The notes under the pieces were generated by a model. That model had not been told where the DNA came from, ran no database searches, and saw only the letters and a program-made list of their open reading frames with translations. The position numbers and the translations under genes are program-made. DNA of 64,000 nt, taken from Haliotis cracherodii. Lineage: Eukaryota. How positions within the stretch are numbered: position 1 is the stretch's first letter; each line of letters opens with the position of its first letter. The stretch lies in contig NW_027266275.1 in NCBI RefSeq assembly GCF_022045235.1, positions 28,644,001 to 28,708,000 of the forward strand. The letters are read 5' to 3'. Below, piece after piece: positions 11,525 to 23,282 of this stretch.

Positions 11525-11986
11525 AGCCCCCGTTACACTATCAAAAACTTGGTCAAAGAAAACTTTGACCAAGTTTTCTTGGTCCAAGTTGGACTGTTTA
11601 CACTCATCAAAGTTTTGGACAGGCCGTCAAAGTCCGGGTAGGCAAAGGCATATTTGGTCCCGAGAATGGCTGCTCTTTGTTGAAACAAATCAATTAATTC
11701 TTCCAACATCTCGTCAGTCCAAAATAGTTGACTCATTTTGACTTGACTATATGTACTTCCGGTTGAAAAGGGGTAAATGTTCCTTGCAGTCTGATTGGCT
11801 AAATTAAATCAACGTCATCAAACTTTGATCAAAGTTTGACGAGAAATAGGATCGGTTTCTATTCCATCAAAGTCCCGTCAAAAACTTTGTTAAAGTTTTT
11901 GACGGCATGGTACAATATTAAAAACGTGGTCAAAATGGACTTTGACCAAGTTTTTGATAAAAGTTTTTGATAGTGAAACGGGGCCT
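11525..11986 (-). mobile_element. Non-autonomous PIF/Harbinger element retaining promoter and N-terminus of its Myb/SANT(MADF)-like gene
   Basis: TIR AG(G/C)CCCCGTT(T/A)CACTATCAAAAACTT; TAA TSD (11522-11524, 11987-11989); ATG at 11736 encodes MSQLFWTDEMLEELIDLFQQR. Confidence 0.8.
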
Positions 11987-12533
11987 TAAGACGCAACAAA
12001 TCATTTTGACTTAAATCCGCTTATATACGCTTAAATCCATTTCCCCTCATAGAACTGATACTGTCTCGTTCCATGAACACCCTTCAGTAGGGGCCTCAGT
12101 AGGGAAACCTGAAATATAAACTCGAAGATGTCATTCGATGATGATAACAAATAAAGTGCTCTAATTTCACAAACAATTTTACCTGTAAGGTAAAAAGGAT
12201 CAAGTGATATAACATAACTTAATTGCAATGTTTGTACATTTGTATTTTAGCGATTGTTTATGATGATTAGCGCTATGGCCTCACATTCCATCATTGTTGA
12301 GAATAATAAGATGTCACGTCATGAGTTTTTCATGACGTTAGAAATTGATAGCATTACGTTCTCTGAACAATATCTTGACATTAGTGACGTTTCTCTGTAA
12401 GGTTCCCATTTCATACGATTTTCTTTCGTAAATATTTTGACTTATTTCCTAATATATGAAATAACCTCGAAGCTCGACATCACGGATTATCTGTCCCCCG
12501 AATGAGTAGTGAAACTCTTAAACCATCCATTCA

Positions 12534-12810
12534 CCCGTGAAGATCCCGAGTAGAATAGGTCTTCAGCAACCCAGGCTTGCTGTAAGAGGCGACTTATATG
12601 CTTGTCGTAAGACGCAACTAACGGGATAGGGTGGTCAGACTCGCTGACTTGGTTGATGTATGTCATTCTATTCCAATTGCGTGGATCGATTCTCATGATG
12701 TCAATCGCTGGATTGTCTGATCCAAACTCGATTATTTACAGACCGTCGCCATATAGGTAGAATATTGCTAAGTGCGGCGTTAAACAACAAGCAAACAAAC
12801 AAACAAACAA
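12534..12810 (+). mobile_element. SINE family B (no recognisable Pol III head), full length
   Basis: Starts CCCGTGAAGATC, ends gaatattgct.agtgcggcgttaaac plus (AAAC)n; further copies at 16719, 28120 and 45081. Confidence 0.9.
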
Positions 12811-12884
12811 AATTTAAGGTGTTCAGAACTTAGGTCAGGCTGATGCGCTAAGTAAGTAACACTGACCTGCTCAAAACAATATAA

Positions 12885-13700
12885 CATGCGACTCATTTAA
12901 AGACTTGCACTACCAGCTAGTTTCGCAGGTAAGAAAGTGTTTGACAGACGAGGTAGTCGCGGAACTGATATTGTCAATACTTAACAACCTTTCTTGCATG
13001 TACAGACTTGAAGACGCTGCCTGGAGAGGGAAGGGGGGTCGGAGAGGGAAGGGGGGTCGGAGGGAGCACGAGGGGTTGAGTGCTCTCCTGGCAATGCCCG
13101 ATCTCTTTGAAGGTATCTGCACCTTCCTGCGCTAGGAATCACCGCTGGTTTTACTGCAGCTGAAGTTGACCGTAGAAACATACCTAACCTTCCTGTCGAC
13201 GCCGAACCTCGACAGTTATCGTAGACACTTCTCTAATATTTATTCTTACGAAATGTAGGTCACCGTTCTGTATAATTTGAGTTCAGGATAGTTTCAACAA
13301 CACTGTCCAGTTTAAACAAACACTACACCATCTCCAACTTCATACCACCATTAGTGATATGTAAGGATTGGAAGCTATCAAATAGTACTTTGTGTTCCTT
13401 CAGGCTGTTGTCATTAGTTGCTTCACATTTCATAAATTACACAATATTTTATATTAATAATTTCAACAATATCTCACGACCACTGAGTAGCCAATGCATC
13501 ATTGCGTTTATTCATATTTTGCGTCTAAAACAAATTCTTGTTATATGAAAGATTCCCTTTTCTTCATTTAATCAAATCAAACTCTTCAATGATGAAAGTC
13601 CAGTTCTTCGGCAAATTACCTTGGAACGCGGTTACACAAAATTGAAATCTGTTGAACTTTCAACAGTGTTCCATAAACACAGTGCATGTCCAGTATAACA
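12885..13700. repeat. Inverted copy of 5830-6100 joined to inverted copy of 3298-3850
   Basis: See partner features. Confidence 0.85.
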
Positions 13701-14261
13701 TATATTCGCCGCCATTTTGTTTGAAGCAAATGCAAGTGATATAAAAGGTGGATTCTGACTGGTCAATAGGAGGGACATAGAAGGGACATAACTCGTAATA
13801 ACCACTGGTGGCGCTACGACCGAGCCTAGAAATTCCAGCCTAGGTCGAGAAGGGTAGAAACTGAGCTTTTACAGTCAGTTCACTACCTTGCCTCGTGAAC
13901 ATGAGTATAACGGTGCTTCCACAATGTTAAAAAGAGCAGTTATTTTGTATCATTTAGTTATTGTCGGCATGTGTTGAAATGTCAGTATCACCTGTGCCGC
14001 ACGTCTGTGTCTACAGTGCACAAGTACTAATACCCTAAAAATAGGTTTGCAAATGTTCTTCCAAGGCCGCTTCCGCCCATTGTTATGAGTAGGATAGAGT
14101 AAGATACCCTAGTAGCACCCGAACATACAGACACTAGTAGGTTATCACTAATCTCATTGTGTATGAGCGAATATGTATGCAACAAGGATGAATGTCCTGT
14201 TCTTTAAGAACTTACTTCATTATTGTTTAATCATTGAATAAGTTAATATTTATTTATTTAT

Positions 14262-14415
14262 AGGAATTGACTTCAATCTTTTGGCGTTTATGGAGATATA
14301 CACACGCGAACCGGTTTACGAACTGTAAGTCCGCGTAGCGTATTTACGCAAAGTGTGCGCGCTGTTTTTACGTTTATATCTCCATAAACGCAAAAACGTC
14401 ACAGTCAATTCATAT
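14262..14415. mobile_element. Long hairpin terminus (Crypton-like element end, tentative)
   Basis: gaattgact..gcgtttatggagatata pairs with tatatctccataaacgc..agtcaattc around a central GCGTAGC. Confidence 0.5.
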
Positions 14416-15129
14416 GAAATAAATATAACTTATTCAATGATTAACACACACAAAACTGTAGAACAGTACGACATTAGTGACATCGTCCAGCGCAATAATG
14501 CAACACAAGCCCCGCCCATTCTGTAATCAGCCAATCGGTTAACAGTAGTTTCGAAGTAGGCGTGGCCTATATTTTTGTTCGGGTTAAGGAAACAAAAACG
14601 CAAACAACATTTCTTGGTTAGCCAATCAAATGCTACAGAGGCGCTTGCACTATATTTATTCAGCAAATGGTCCTGGAACGCGATTAAATAAAAAGCAATC
14701 TGTTGAACTTCCAATGAGTGTTCCGCAAACACAGTACACCTCTGGAATAACAGTGCTTCGACAGTATCAGAAAAAGAAACAGTATTTCATATCAGTTAGT
14801 CATTGTGTGCATGTGATGTCTCACGCAACCTGTGACGTACATCTCAGATCCGCAAGTAAACAAGTACCATAAACAGGTTTTGGAACTGTTCAGCCTTGAT
14901 GTATATTAGCGTTTATTCCCTTTTGTGTCCAAAACAAATTCTTGCTGTTTGAAAAATACCTGTGTTAAGGGAAATGGAATGTTCTGTTAATCAGCACAAT
15001 GTAATTTCCTGTTAAATCGTCCTGATTAGCATGTTTGGGGATTGACTCATCACGTAATCGTTCTTTACTGGGGGTAGCGGCTTTCCCGGAATATTCAGAC
15101 CAGACCTAGACCTAGATACTTGCCCGTTA

Positions 15130-15310
15130 TCTAACCAGTATTACCAAACCAATACAACACAATGCTGTAAACATGTGGCATAACGTGAATGATGTACCAC
15201 AGTTTTCAATAAATGTCGCACGCCAGACAGTAACAAGTACAATTTTTAAACGGCGTTTTTTTGTATGATCGGCCGGGAATCGAACTCCCGTACTATTCTC
15301 TTCACACTCT
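15130..15310 (-). mobile_element. Decayed SINE family D copy
   Basis: aacaagtac.atttttaa..tgtatga.cgg.cgggaatcgaac matches 36815-36880. Confidence 0.55.
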
Positions 15311-15324
15311 CTATTCACTAGACT

Positions 15325-15327
<3 letters not shown>

Positions 15328-15396
<69 letters not shown>
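15328..15396. repeat. (GA)n microsatellite
   Basis: Pure GA run. Confidence 0.98.
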
Positions 15397-15399
<3 letters not shown>

Positions 15400-15531
15400 C
15401 TGTGCCTGTGTGTGTAAGTGAGTGAGAGGAGGGGAGGGTGATACAACGAACGTGTACGGGAGAAGGCTATCCAGACTGCATGTCCATGCCGACGCCGATG
15501 ACGACGCCGACGCCGATGACGACGCCGATGC

Positions 15532-16180
15532 ATGCTTTACTCTGTGCTATGTGTTCGCTCTCACGACACATTGTAATGAATCAGTTCCTTAAAGTACTGT
15601 ACTCAAAGTGGTTTCCTCAAAGTTTCGATGAACCTGCAACACCGGTATACGATCGGAATGTTGTCGTCGTTGTTTCACGACGAGGTCTTTTTACCATTGT
15701 TCGTCTCCACCCGTTAGTTCCGATGTACTGACTCATTCATACGAGAACTTCTGAAGAGCCAGAGTGGTTACGATAATGAAATATTCCCCGTCCTTGTGGG
15801 TACCGTGATGTAACGTGTTTGACAGCCCCACCCCCGCGCTGCCGGCTGTCAGGTATTCCGGGGGAGAGGAGAGGGGAAATGCAGCGTGTACGAGAGAAGG
15901 CTATCCAGACTGCATGCCGACGTCGTGAGTTGATGCCCACCACGCAGCATCGTAAATGATGTTGTTGTTGCAGATAAAAATACAATGAAAACAAAACTGA
16001 TCAGCGTCATACTCAGAATACTCTGGTTTCTTGTTATTTCTACACTTGATCTCAGTGTTCAGCGCCTCATGGTTCTCACTGGTAAGTCAAACCTTCAGGA
16101 AAGAAGCTGTTATCAGATATTATACATGACGTATACTTTTAATGCTGGCTTATGGTTAATATATTTTCTGGAATGTCTTT
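15532..16180. repeat. Direct duplicate of 6675-7306 plus 9693-9720
   Basis: Colinear match; lacks the 7307-9692 insertion. Confidence 0.92.
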
Positions 16181-16375
16181 AATTTAAGTCTTCTATGAAT
16201 AATATTTCACCGAACATATTTCATTTCTTCAAGTTTATCAGTGAATCTTTGTTTCACATCCGTCACACCATGGATAATGCTTCATGACAGTGTTACCGGA
16301 TCTTTTCAGTCGCTTAAAGATGCAGTTCCAATATAGAGGATAATCAACGTTGCCAGTGTCCTATGTCCAAATCAA

Positions 16376-16539
16376 GAGTGAGTGAGTGTGGATTTACGCC
16401 GCTCACAGCAATATCTCAGCATTATCACGGCGGGGGACACCAGAAATGAGCTTCATACATTGTACCCATGTGGTTAATCGAACCCGGGTCTTTGGCGTGA
16501 CGAGTGAAAGCTTTAACCACTAGATTACCCCACCGCCCC
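16376..16539 (-). mobile_element. SINE family A
   Basis: Matches 10507-10665; TSD ATCAAGA. Confidence 0.92.
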
Positions 16540-16718
16540 ATCAAGAAAAAGGTGGTATAATATATAGTTCTTACTCTCACGCCTTCCATGTCAGTAGAAA
16601 GCCGTCGGTAGGCTGCAACAAACTACCATGGGTTCCTCCACCTTTCCTGGGATACCGGGCTGAAATAATTAGAGCATAGCTAACTGGATAACAGAAATTA
16701 TGGATTATATGTCCCTCG

Positions 16719-16972
16719 TGTTTGTTTGTTTATTGTTTAACGCCGCTCTCAGCAATATTCCAGCAAAATGACGGCGGTCTGTAAATAATCGAGTCTGGAC
16801 CAGACAATCCAGTGATTGATATCATTTGCATCGATCCACGCAGTTGGGATCAATGACATGCATCAACCAAGTCAGCAAGCCTGACCACACGATCCCGTTA
16901 GTCGCCTCTTACGACAAGCATAGTTGCCTTTTACGACAAGCATTGGTTGCTGAAGTCTGGAATCTTCACGGG
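16719..16972 (-). mobile_element. SINE family B
   Basis: Reverse complement of 12534-12810 with a small deletion near the 5' end. Confidence 0.9.
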
Positions 16973-18133
16973 TCGTGTAAGAGTTTCACTGCTCATTCCC
17001 GGGGGACAGATAATCCGTGATCTCGAACTTCGAGGTTATTTTATATATTAAGAAATAAGTTATAATATTTACGAAAGAAAACAAAGAAAATCGTATGAAA
17101 TGTCAACCTTACAGAGAAACGTCACTGATGACGTCAACCTATTGTTTAGATGACGTAATGCTATCAATTCGTACCGTCATGAAAACGGATTATTCTCAAC
17201 AATGGTGGAATCTGTCGCCATATCGCTAATCAACATTAAAAAATGCATGTGTACAAATATTGCAACTTAATTATGTTACATCAATTGATCTTTTTACCCT
17301 AACATGCGCAAATATTGGAATGTTATTACACTTGATCTTTGAAATCCTTCATTGAAATTAGAGCACATTGCATGTTCGGCTGACAAAATGGGTTATCCAT
17401 ATGTTGGGCCTAATGTTCGCCAGTCAGTTGCTTTCATGCTTACAAGAGGGCCTAGTCTCCCGTAATGACGTCAGCCTTGTATGAGATTGTTGTTAATCGC
17501 AATACATAGTCAATATACAGCTATGTCACATATTTGGTACTATCATCATAGACGACGACATGAGCGTTGCTAATTACACACAGGAACTTTCCTCTCACCA
17601 CAGACAAGTTGCTGCCTACACGCTGATTACATGCCATCTCGATAACTATCAGGGGCCACTTTCACAAAGCCGTCTATGTGTTACGACTGTCCTAAGTCTT
17701 TGTACGGCAGTCCTAGCGCTAAAGTCTACGAGGTGATTTCCAAATTGAAACGAAGATTCTAATCTAGTAATCGGAAAATGACAAGTTCAATATTTAAACA
17801 CAGTTTTAGATAAACAATCGAATGGCAATACAATGTGCCAAATAACTAACAGGCTTAATTAATGTAAATGCACGCACGTATGCTATAATGTTATCATAAT
17901 ATTGTCACCGTTGAATGTCCGGAGAGAGACTGTTTCCGTTCTTGAATCCAGAATAGTATTGGAACCGGGCAGGAATTCGTTATCCCTTTGGCAAGTAGGG
18001 TAGGAACGAGTCAGTCAAAAAAGGCCCCAAATCGCACTCACGTCGCCCTTATGTAGATACAGCCAGCCTTCTAGAAACTGCCCCATCTAGAAACCTCTCG
18101 AACAATCAAGTCTTCCATGCTCATGTTTACAAC

Positions 18134-18605
18134 CAATCTCGCTACCGCTACCGCTAAACAAAGATCTGCAGACATCCCATTAGGGGTCATGTCAAAACGA
18201 CCTTTCATCCGACCAATCAGAGCGTCACTTACCAGATCATGAAAGTGACAGTCGGAATGTGATTTCTAATCATACAACCTCGAAAACATTAACACGGGAT
18301 ATTCCGAACAATAGTTACGGGTTTAACGACTGAATCCTTACAATCTAGACCATCTATTAGCCATTCCAGAATGTTCTTTTGTTCAGGTTTCAAATTTGTA
18401 ATCGAGAATTTGTCAAAATATGTTTCGAAGCGTAGTCGCCAATTTGAAATTAGTGCCGGAAAGCACGAGAAAACTGCCTTCTGACTGGTCATTCCACTGG
18501 TCGGTCAAAGTTCGCGCAAGGTCGGTCTGACGTTACCCGTAATGGGATGTCCTCAGATCTTTGTTTAGCGGCAACGAGAACTAAGATCTGATTTTAATGA
18601 GATTG
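18134..18605 (-). mobile_element. Second non-autonomous AcademH-like element with RecQ-like fragment
   Basis: Same TIR family as 3876-4177 with ~90-bp arms; 10-bp TSD tgtttacaac/tgtatacaac; minus-strand peptide FDKFSITNLKPEQKNILEWLIDGLDC. Confidence 0.78.
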
Positions 18606-18784
18606 TGTATACAACAAGAACAGCTAAGTCTAATTCAAATCTGCGACAGCACTTGATATTGCCACTGACAATTAATAGAAATATTCACACTAAACTACTT
18701 ACGCAACACACCGGTAACAATTAGTTTTCACAAATATGTCCTGTTTTAGCGATTACTGTAAACCTGAGTTAAAGCATAAGGGAG

Positions 18785-18925
18785 GGGAGGTAGGAAATAC
18801 CATTGGTTAAGGCTCTCGCTCGTCTCGCTGAAGATTCGGGTTCGATTCCTGAAACTCTTTCTTGGTGTTTCTGGTGTAAATATCGTTGGAATTGTGTGCT
18901 AAAGCGGCGTCAAACAATACTCAAT
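18785..18925 (+). mobile_element. Decayed SINE family A
   Basis: ggttaaggctctcgctcgtc.cgc.gaaga..cgggttcgattcc..aaagcggcgt. Confidence 0.7.
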
Positions 18926-19276
18926 CAATATTGTTGGAATTGCAAAAGTACAAACACTTAGATTGCTTTGTGCAGACGAGCCTCCGTGTGAAACAATCAC
19001 AACTGATAAAACATTGCAAGCACATATAATGTTTCAACTCGTTCATATATAAGTGAAAAGGAGTCTGTACAGTAGCAGATATACACCAGACACCTTCATG
19101 TCTGTCTGCGTTACTGGCTGGGAGCCAAGGTCACTCGACATTAACATTCATTTGTAATTGTCCTGATACACATCTAGGCATGTGCAACACGTGGCATGAT
19201 AGACTCAACATTTAATATGCCAGGGAATTTCACAGTTAAACGACACTCACTGCAATAACAAACACGGAAGGCACGG

Positions 19277-20195
19277 AGCCTTATCCCTGTGTTCTACAAG
19301 AGGAATACGTGGCACTGGCCCCAAGCCTTATCCCTGTGTTCTACAAGGGGAATACACGGCACTCGCACCAAGCCTTAACCCTTGTGTTCTACAAGGGGAA
19401 TACATGGCACTCGCACCAAGCCTTATCACTATGTTCTACAAGGGGAATACACGGCACTCGCACCAAGCCTTATCCCTGTGTTCTACAAGGGGAATACACG
19501 GCACTCGCACCAAGCCTTAACCCTTGTGTTCTACAAGGGGAATACATGGCACTCGCACCAAGCCTTATCCCTGTGTTCTACAAGGGGAATACACGGCACT
19601 CGCACCAAGCCTTAACCCTTGTGTTCTACAAGGGGAATACGTGGCACTCGCACCAAGCCTTATCCCTGTGTTCTACAAGGCGAATACACGGCACTCGCAC
19701 CAAGCCTTAACCCTTGTGTTCTACAAGGGGAATACGTGGCACTCGCACCAAGCCTTATCACTATGTTCTACAAGGCGAATACACGGCACTCGCACCAAGC
19801 CTTATCACTATGTTCTACAAGGGGAATACACGGCACTCGCACCAAGCCTTAACCCTTGTGTTCTACAAGGGGAATACACGGCACTCGCACCAAGCCTTAT
19901 CCTTGTGTTCTACAAGGGGAATACACGGCACTCGCACCAAGCCTTATCACTATGTTCTACAAGGGGAATACACGGCACTCGCACCAAGCCTTATCACTAT
20001 GTTCTACAAGGGGAATACACGGCACTCGCACCAAGCCTTATCCCTGTGTTCTACAAGGCGAATACACGGCACTCGCACCAAGCCTTAACCCTTGTGTTCT
20101 ACAAGGGGAATACGTGGCACTCGCACCAAGCCTTATCACTATGTTCTACAAGGGGAATACGTGGCACTCGCACCAAGCCTTATCACTATGTTCTT
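19277..20195. repeat. 47/48-bp minisatellite, about 19 units
   Basis: Unit AGCCTTATCCCTGTGTTCTACAAGGGGAATACACGGCACTCGCACCA with three recurring variants. Confidence 0.97.
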
Positions 20196-20559
20196 CACGA
20201 GTATGGTTCAGACAAGCCCAGATGAATATACAGGGGGAATCTGGGATTCAAACCTACGATCATAGATATCTTGCCCACCTAAGGGACGTAACTCTGCACA
20301 ACGAATTGCACCTAAGACGACTGTGCCAGCCGTGCCTCTCGAACCAGAGAAACATTTCATTGCTCTTTACCCTCAGATGTCATACACCTGTTTTTTTTTA
20401 GAGCTGAGAGGTTTCTAGAGTTCGCGTGGCTGCTGTTGTATGGTAGACTGCGCTCTGACGTTGGGATGTGTGTCGGTCATGTCTCTGAAAGGCTGGGTGG
20501 GGTCGAGTGGGATTTGTTGGGCTAGGGTGAAATAGTATCGAGGTAGAGTGGTGTGCTGT

Positions 20560-22700
20560 GTGGCGGTGGTCTTAGATAAGGTGGTGCCGGGTGGCTGTGT
20601 CGGATGGACTGGTGGTGGGTGAGGTGGAGGGGTGTTGGGTTGGCTTGTGCCGGCTGGTGTTGGCTGGTGTTGGGTGGGCTTGAGCCGGCTGGTGTTGGCT
20701 GTGGTTGAGTCGGGTTGTGTTGTATTGGGTGGGGCTGAGTCGGGTTGTGTTGGATGGGGTGGGGTTGTGTCGAGAGGGGTTGGATGGGGTGGGGTTGTGT
20801 CGAGAGGGGTTGGATGGGGTGGGGTTGAGTCGAGAGGGGTTGGATGGGGTGGGGTTGAGTCGAGAGGGGATGGATGGGGTGGAGTTGTGTCGAGAGGGGT
20901 TGGATGGGGTGGGGTTGAGTCGAGAGGGGTTGGATGGGGTGGGGTTGAGTCGAGAGGGGTTGGACGGGGTGTGGTTGAGTCGAGAGGGGTTGGATGGGGT
21001 TGTGTTGTGTCGAGAGGGGTTGGATGGGGTGGAGTTGTGTGGAGAGGGGTTGGATGGGGTGTGGTTGAGTCGAGAGGGGTTGGATGGGGTGTGGTTGAGT
21101 CGAGAGGGGTTGGATGGGGTTGTGTTGTGTCGAGAGGGGTTGGATGGGGTGTGGTTGAGTCGAGAAGGGTTGGATGGGGTGGAGTTGTGTCGAGAGGGGT
21201 TGGATGGGGTGGGGTTGAGTCGAGAGGGTTTGGATGTGGTGTGGTTGAGTCGAGAGGGGTTGGATGGGGTGGAGTTGTGTCGAGAGGGGTTGGATGGGGT
21301 GGGGTTGAGTCGAGAGGGGTTGGATGGGGTGGAGTTGTGTCGAGAGGGGTTGGGTGGGATGGAGTTGAGTGGAGAGGGGTTGGATGGGGTGGGGTTGAGT
21401 CGAGAGGGTTTGGATGTGTGTGGTTGAGTCGAGAGGGGTTGGATGGGGTGGAGTTGTGTCGAGAGGGGTTGGATGGGGTGGAGTTGTGTCGAGAGGGGTT
21501 GGATGGGGTGTGGTTGAGTCGAGAGGGGTTGGATGGGGTTGTGTTGTGTCGAGAGGGGTTGGATGTGGTGTGGTTGAGTCGAGAGGGGTTGGATGTGGTG
21601 TGGTTGAGTCGAGAGGGGTTGGATGGGGTGGAGTTGTGTCGAGAGGGGTTGGATGGGGTGGGGTTGAGTCGAGAGGGTTTGGATGTGTGTGGTTGAGTCG
21701 AGAGGGGTTGGATGGGGTGGAGTTGTGTCGAGAGGGGTTGGATGGGGTGGAGTTGTGTCGAGAGGGGTTGGATGGGGTGTGGTTGAGTCGAGAGGGGTTG
21801 GATGGGGTTGTGTTGTGTCGAGAGGGGTTGGATGTGGTGTGGTTGAGTCGAGAGGGGTTGGATGTGGTGTGGTTGAGTCGAGAAGGGTTGGATGGGGTGG
21901 AGTTGTGTGGAGAGGGGTTGGATGGGGTGGGGTTGAGTCGAGAGGGTTTGGATGTGTGTGGTTGAGTCGAGAGGGGTTGGATGGGGTGGAGTTGTGTCGA
22001 GAGGGGTTGGATGGGGTGCAGTTGTGTCGAGAGGGGTTGGATGGGGTGGGGTTGAGTCGAGAGGGGTTTGGATGTGGTGTGGTTGAGTCGAGAGGGGTTG
22101 GATGGGGTGGAGTTGTGTCGAGAGGGGTTGGATGTGGTGTGGTTGAGTCGAGAGGGGTTGGATGGGATGGAGTTGTGTCGAGAGGGGTTGGATGGGGTGG
22201 GGTTGAGTCGAGAGGGTTTGGATGTGTGTGGTTGAGTCGAGAGGGGTTGGATGGGGTGGAGTTGTGTCGAGAGGGGTTGGATGGGGTGGAGTTGTGTCGA
22301 GAGGGGTTGGATGGGGTGTGGTTGAGTCGAGAGGGGTTGGATGGGGTTGTGTTGTGTCGAGAGGGTTTGGATGTGTGTGGTTGAGTCGAGAGGGGTTGGA
22401 TGGGGTGGAGTTGTGTCGAGAGGGGTTGGATGGGGTGGGGTTGTGTCGAGAGGGGTTGGATGGGGTGGGGTTGTGTCGAGAGGGGTTGGATGGGGTGGGG
22501 TTGAGTCGAGAGGGGTTGGATGGGGTGGAGTTGAGTCGAGAGGGGTTGGATGGGGTGGGGTTGTGTCGAGAGGGGTTGGATGGGGTGGGGTTGAGTCGAG
22601 AGGGGTTGGATGGGGTGGAGTTGAGTCGAGAGGGGTTGGATGGGGAGGAGTTGTGTCGAGAGGGGTTGGATGGGTTTGGGTTGAGTCGGGTGTTGTTGGA
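20560..22700. repeat. G-rich 30-bp minisatellite (~65 units) with 269-bp higher-order structure
   Basis: Unit GTCGAGAGGGGTTGGATGGGGTGGGGTTGA; a 29-bp variant recurs at 21402, 21671, 21940 and 22210. Confidence 0.97.
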
Positions 22701-23282
22701 TGATTATGCTGATGCTATATAGAGGTTCCATGTTGCACTGACTTGACTTCCTACCTGTTCCCACTTTATGCTGTACAAATACATGGCGATGTAATCAAAT
22801 GGTCTGCTTGCTTTATCAAACCTGAACACCTTCAAAACATAACGTAGTGTTCTCCACATGCATCTGGAATGTTTACGTTCTAATTTGTCTATCAAAAACT
22901 GCAGAAGGAAACACACATGCTGTGTTCTTGTATTCCCGGGGTATATTCCCTTTTATTCTGCACAGGTTTCCTTTAATGGTAGAAGCACGTACTGGGTGGT
23001 CTTATTGGCGAAATGCATCATGGTAAAACACGGTTCCCTATAAACTTTATATATAGAAATTGGTATGTTCCGTTACGTAATGAAATCTTGAGCAATGGTT
23101 TTTCATATGTGAAGTTTAAATTTAACGAGATTAATGTTTACCAACAGGTTTTGGCAGTAGGTTACAATACAACCGATACTTTGAAACCCCGTAAGTTTGG
23201 ACCTCCTTATTCCGGAATATTCGCTTTACGGACGATATAGTTGGGTAATACACATGTATATGTTAACATAAATGTGTAAAAT

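Larger units (their letters stand above)
11395..12810. repeat. Inverted local duplication, partner 16719-17550
   Basis: 11400-11500 is the reverse complement of 17450-17550 and 12140-12520 is the reverse complement of 16978-17370; a SINE B copy sits at the same position in both arms. Confidence 0.88.

Noticed and set aside
19309-20401. Repetitive ORFs and CRISPR-like appearance of the 47/48-bp array
   Set aside because: The units are contiguous with no unique spacers, unit length is often not a multiple of three, there are no cas genes, and the context is eukaryotic.
20572-22764. 730-aa P/S/T/H-rich mucin-like ORF and overlapping plus-strand ORFs
   Set aside because: The 30-bp unit lacks stop codons in several frames on both strands, and the 29/31-bp units shift the frame freely; this is a repeat artefact.
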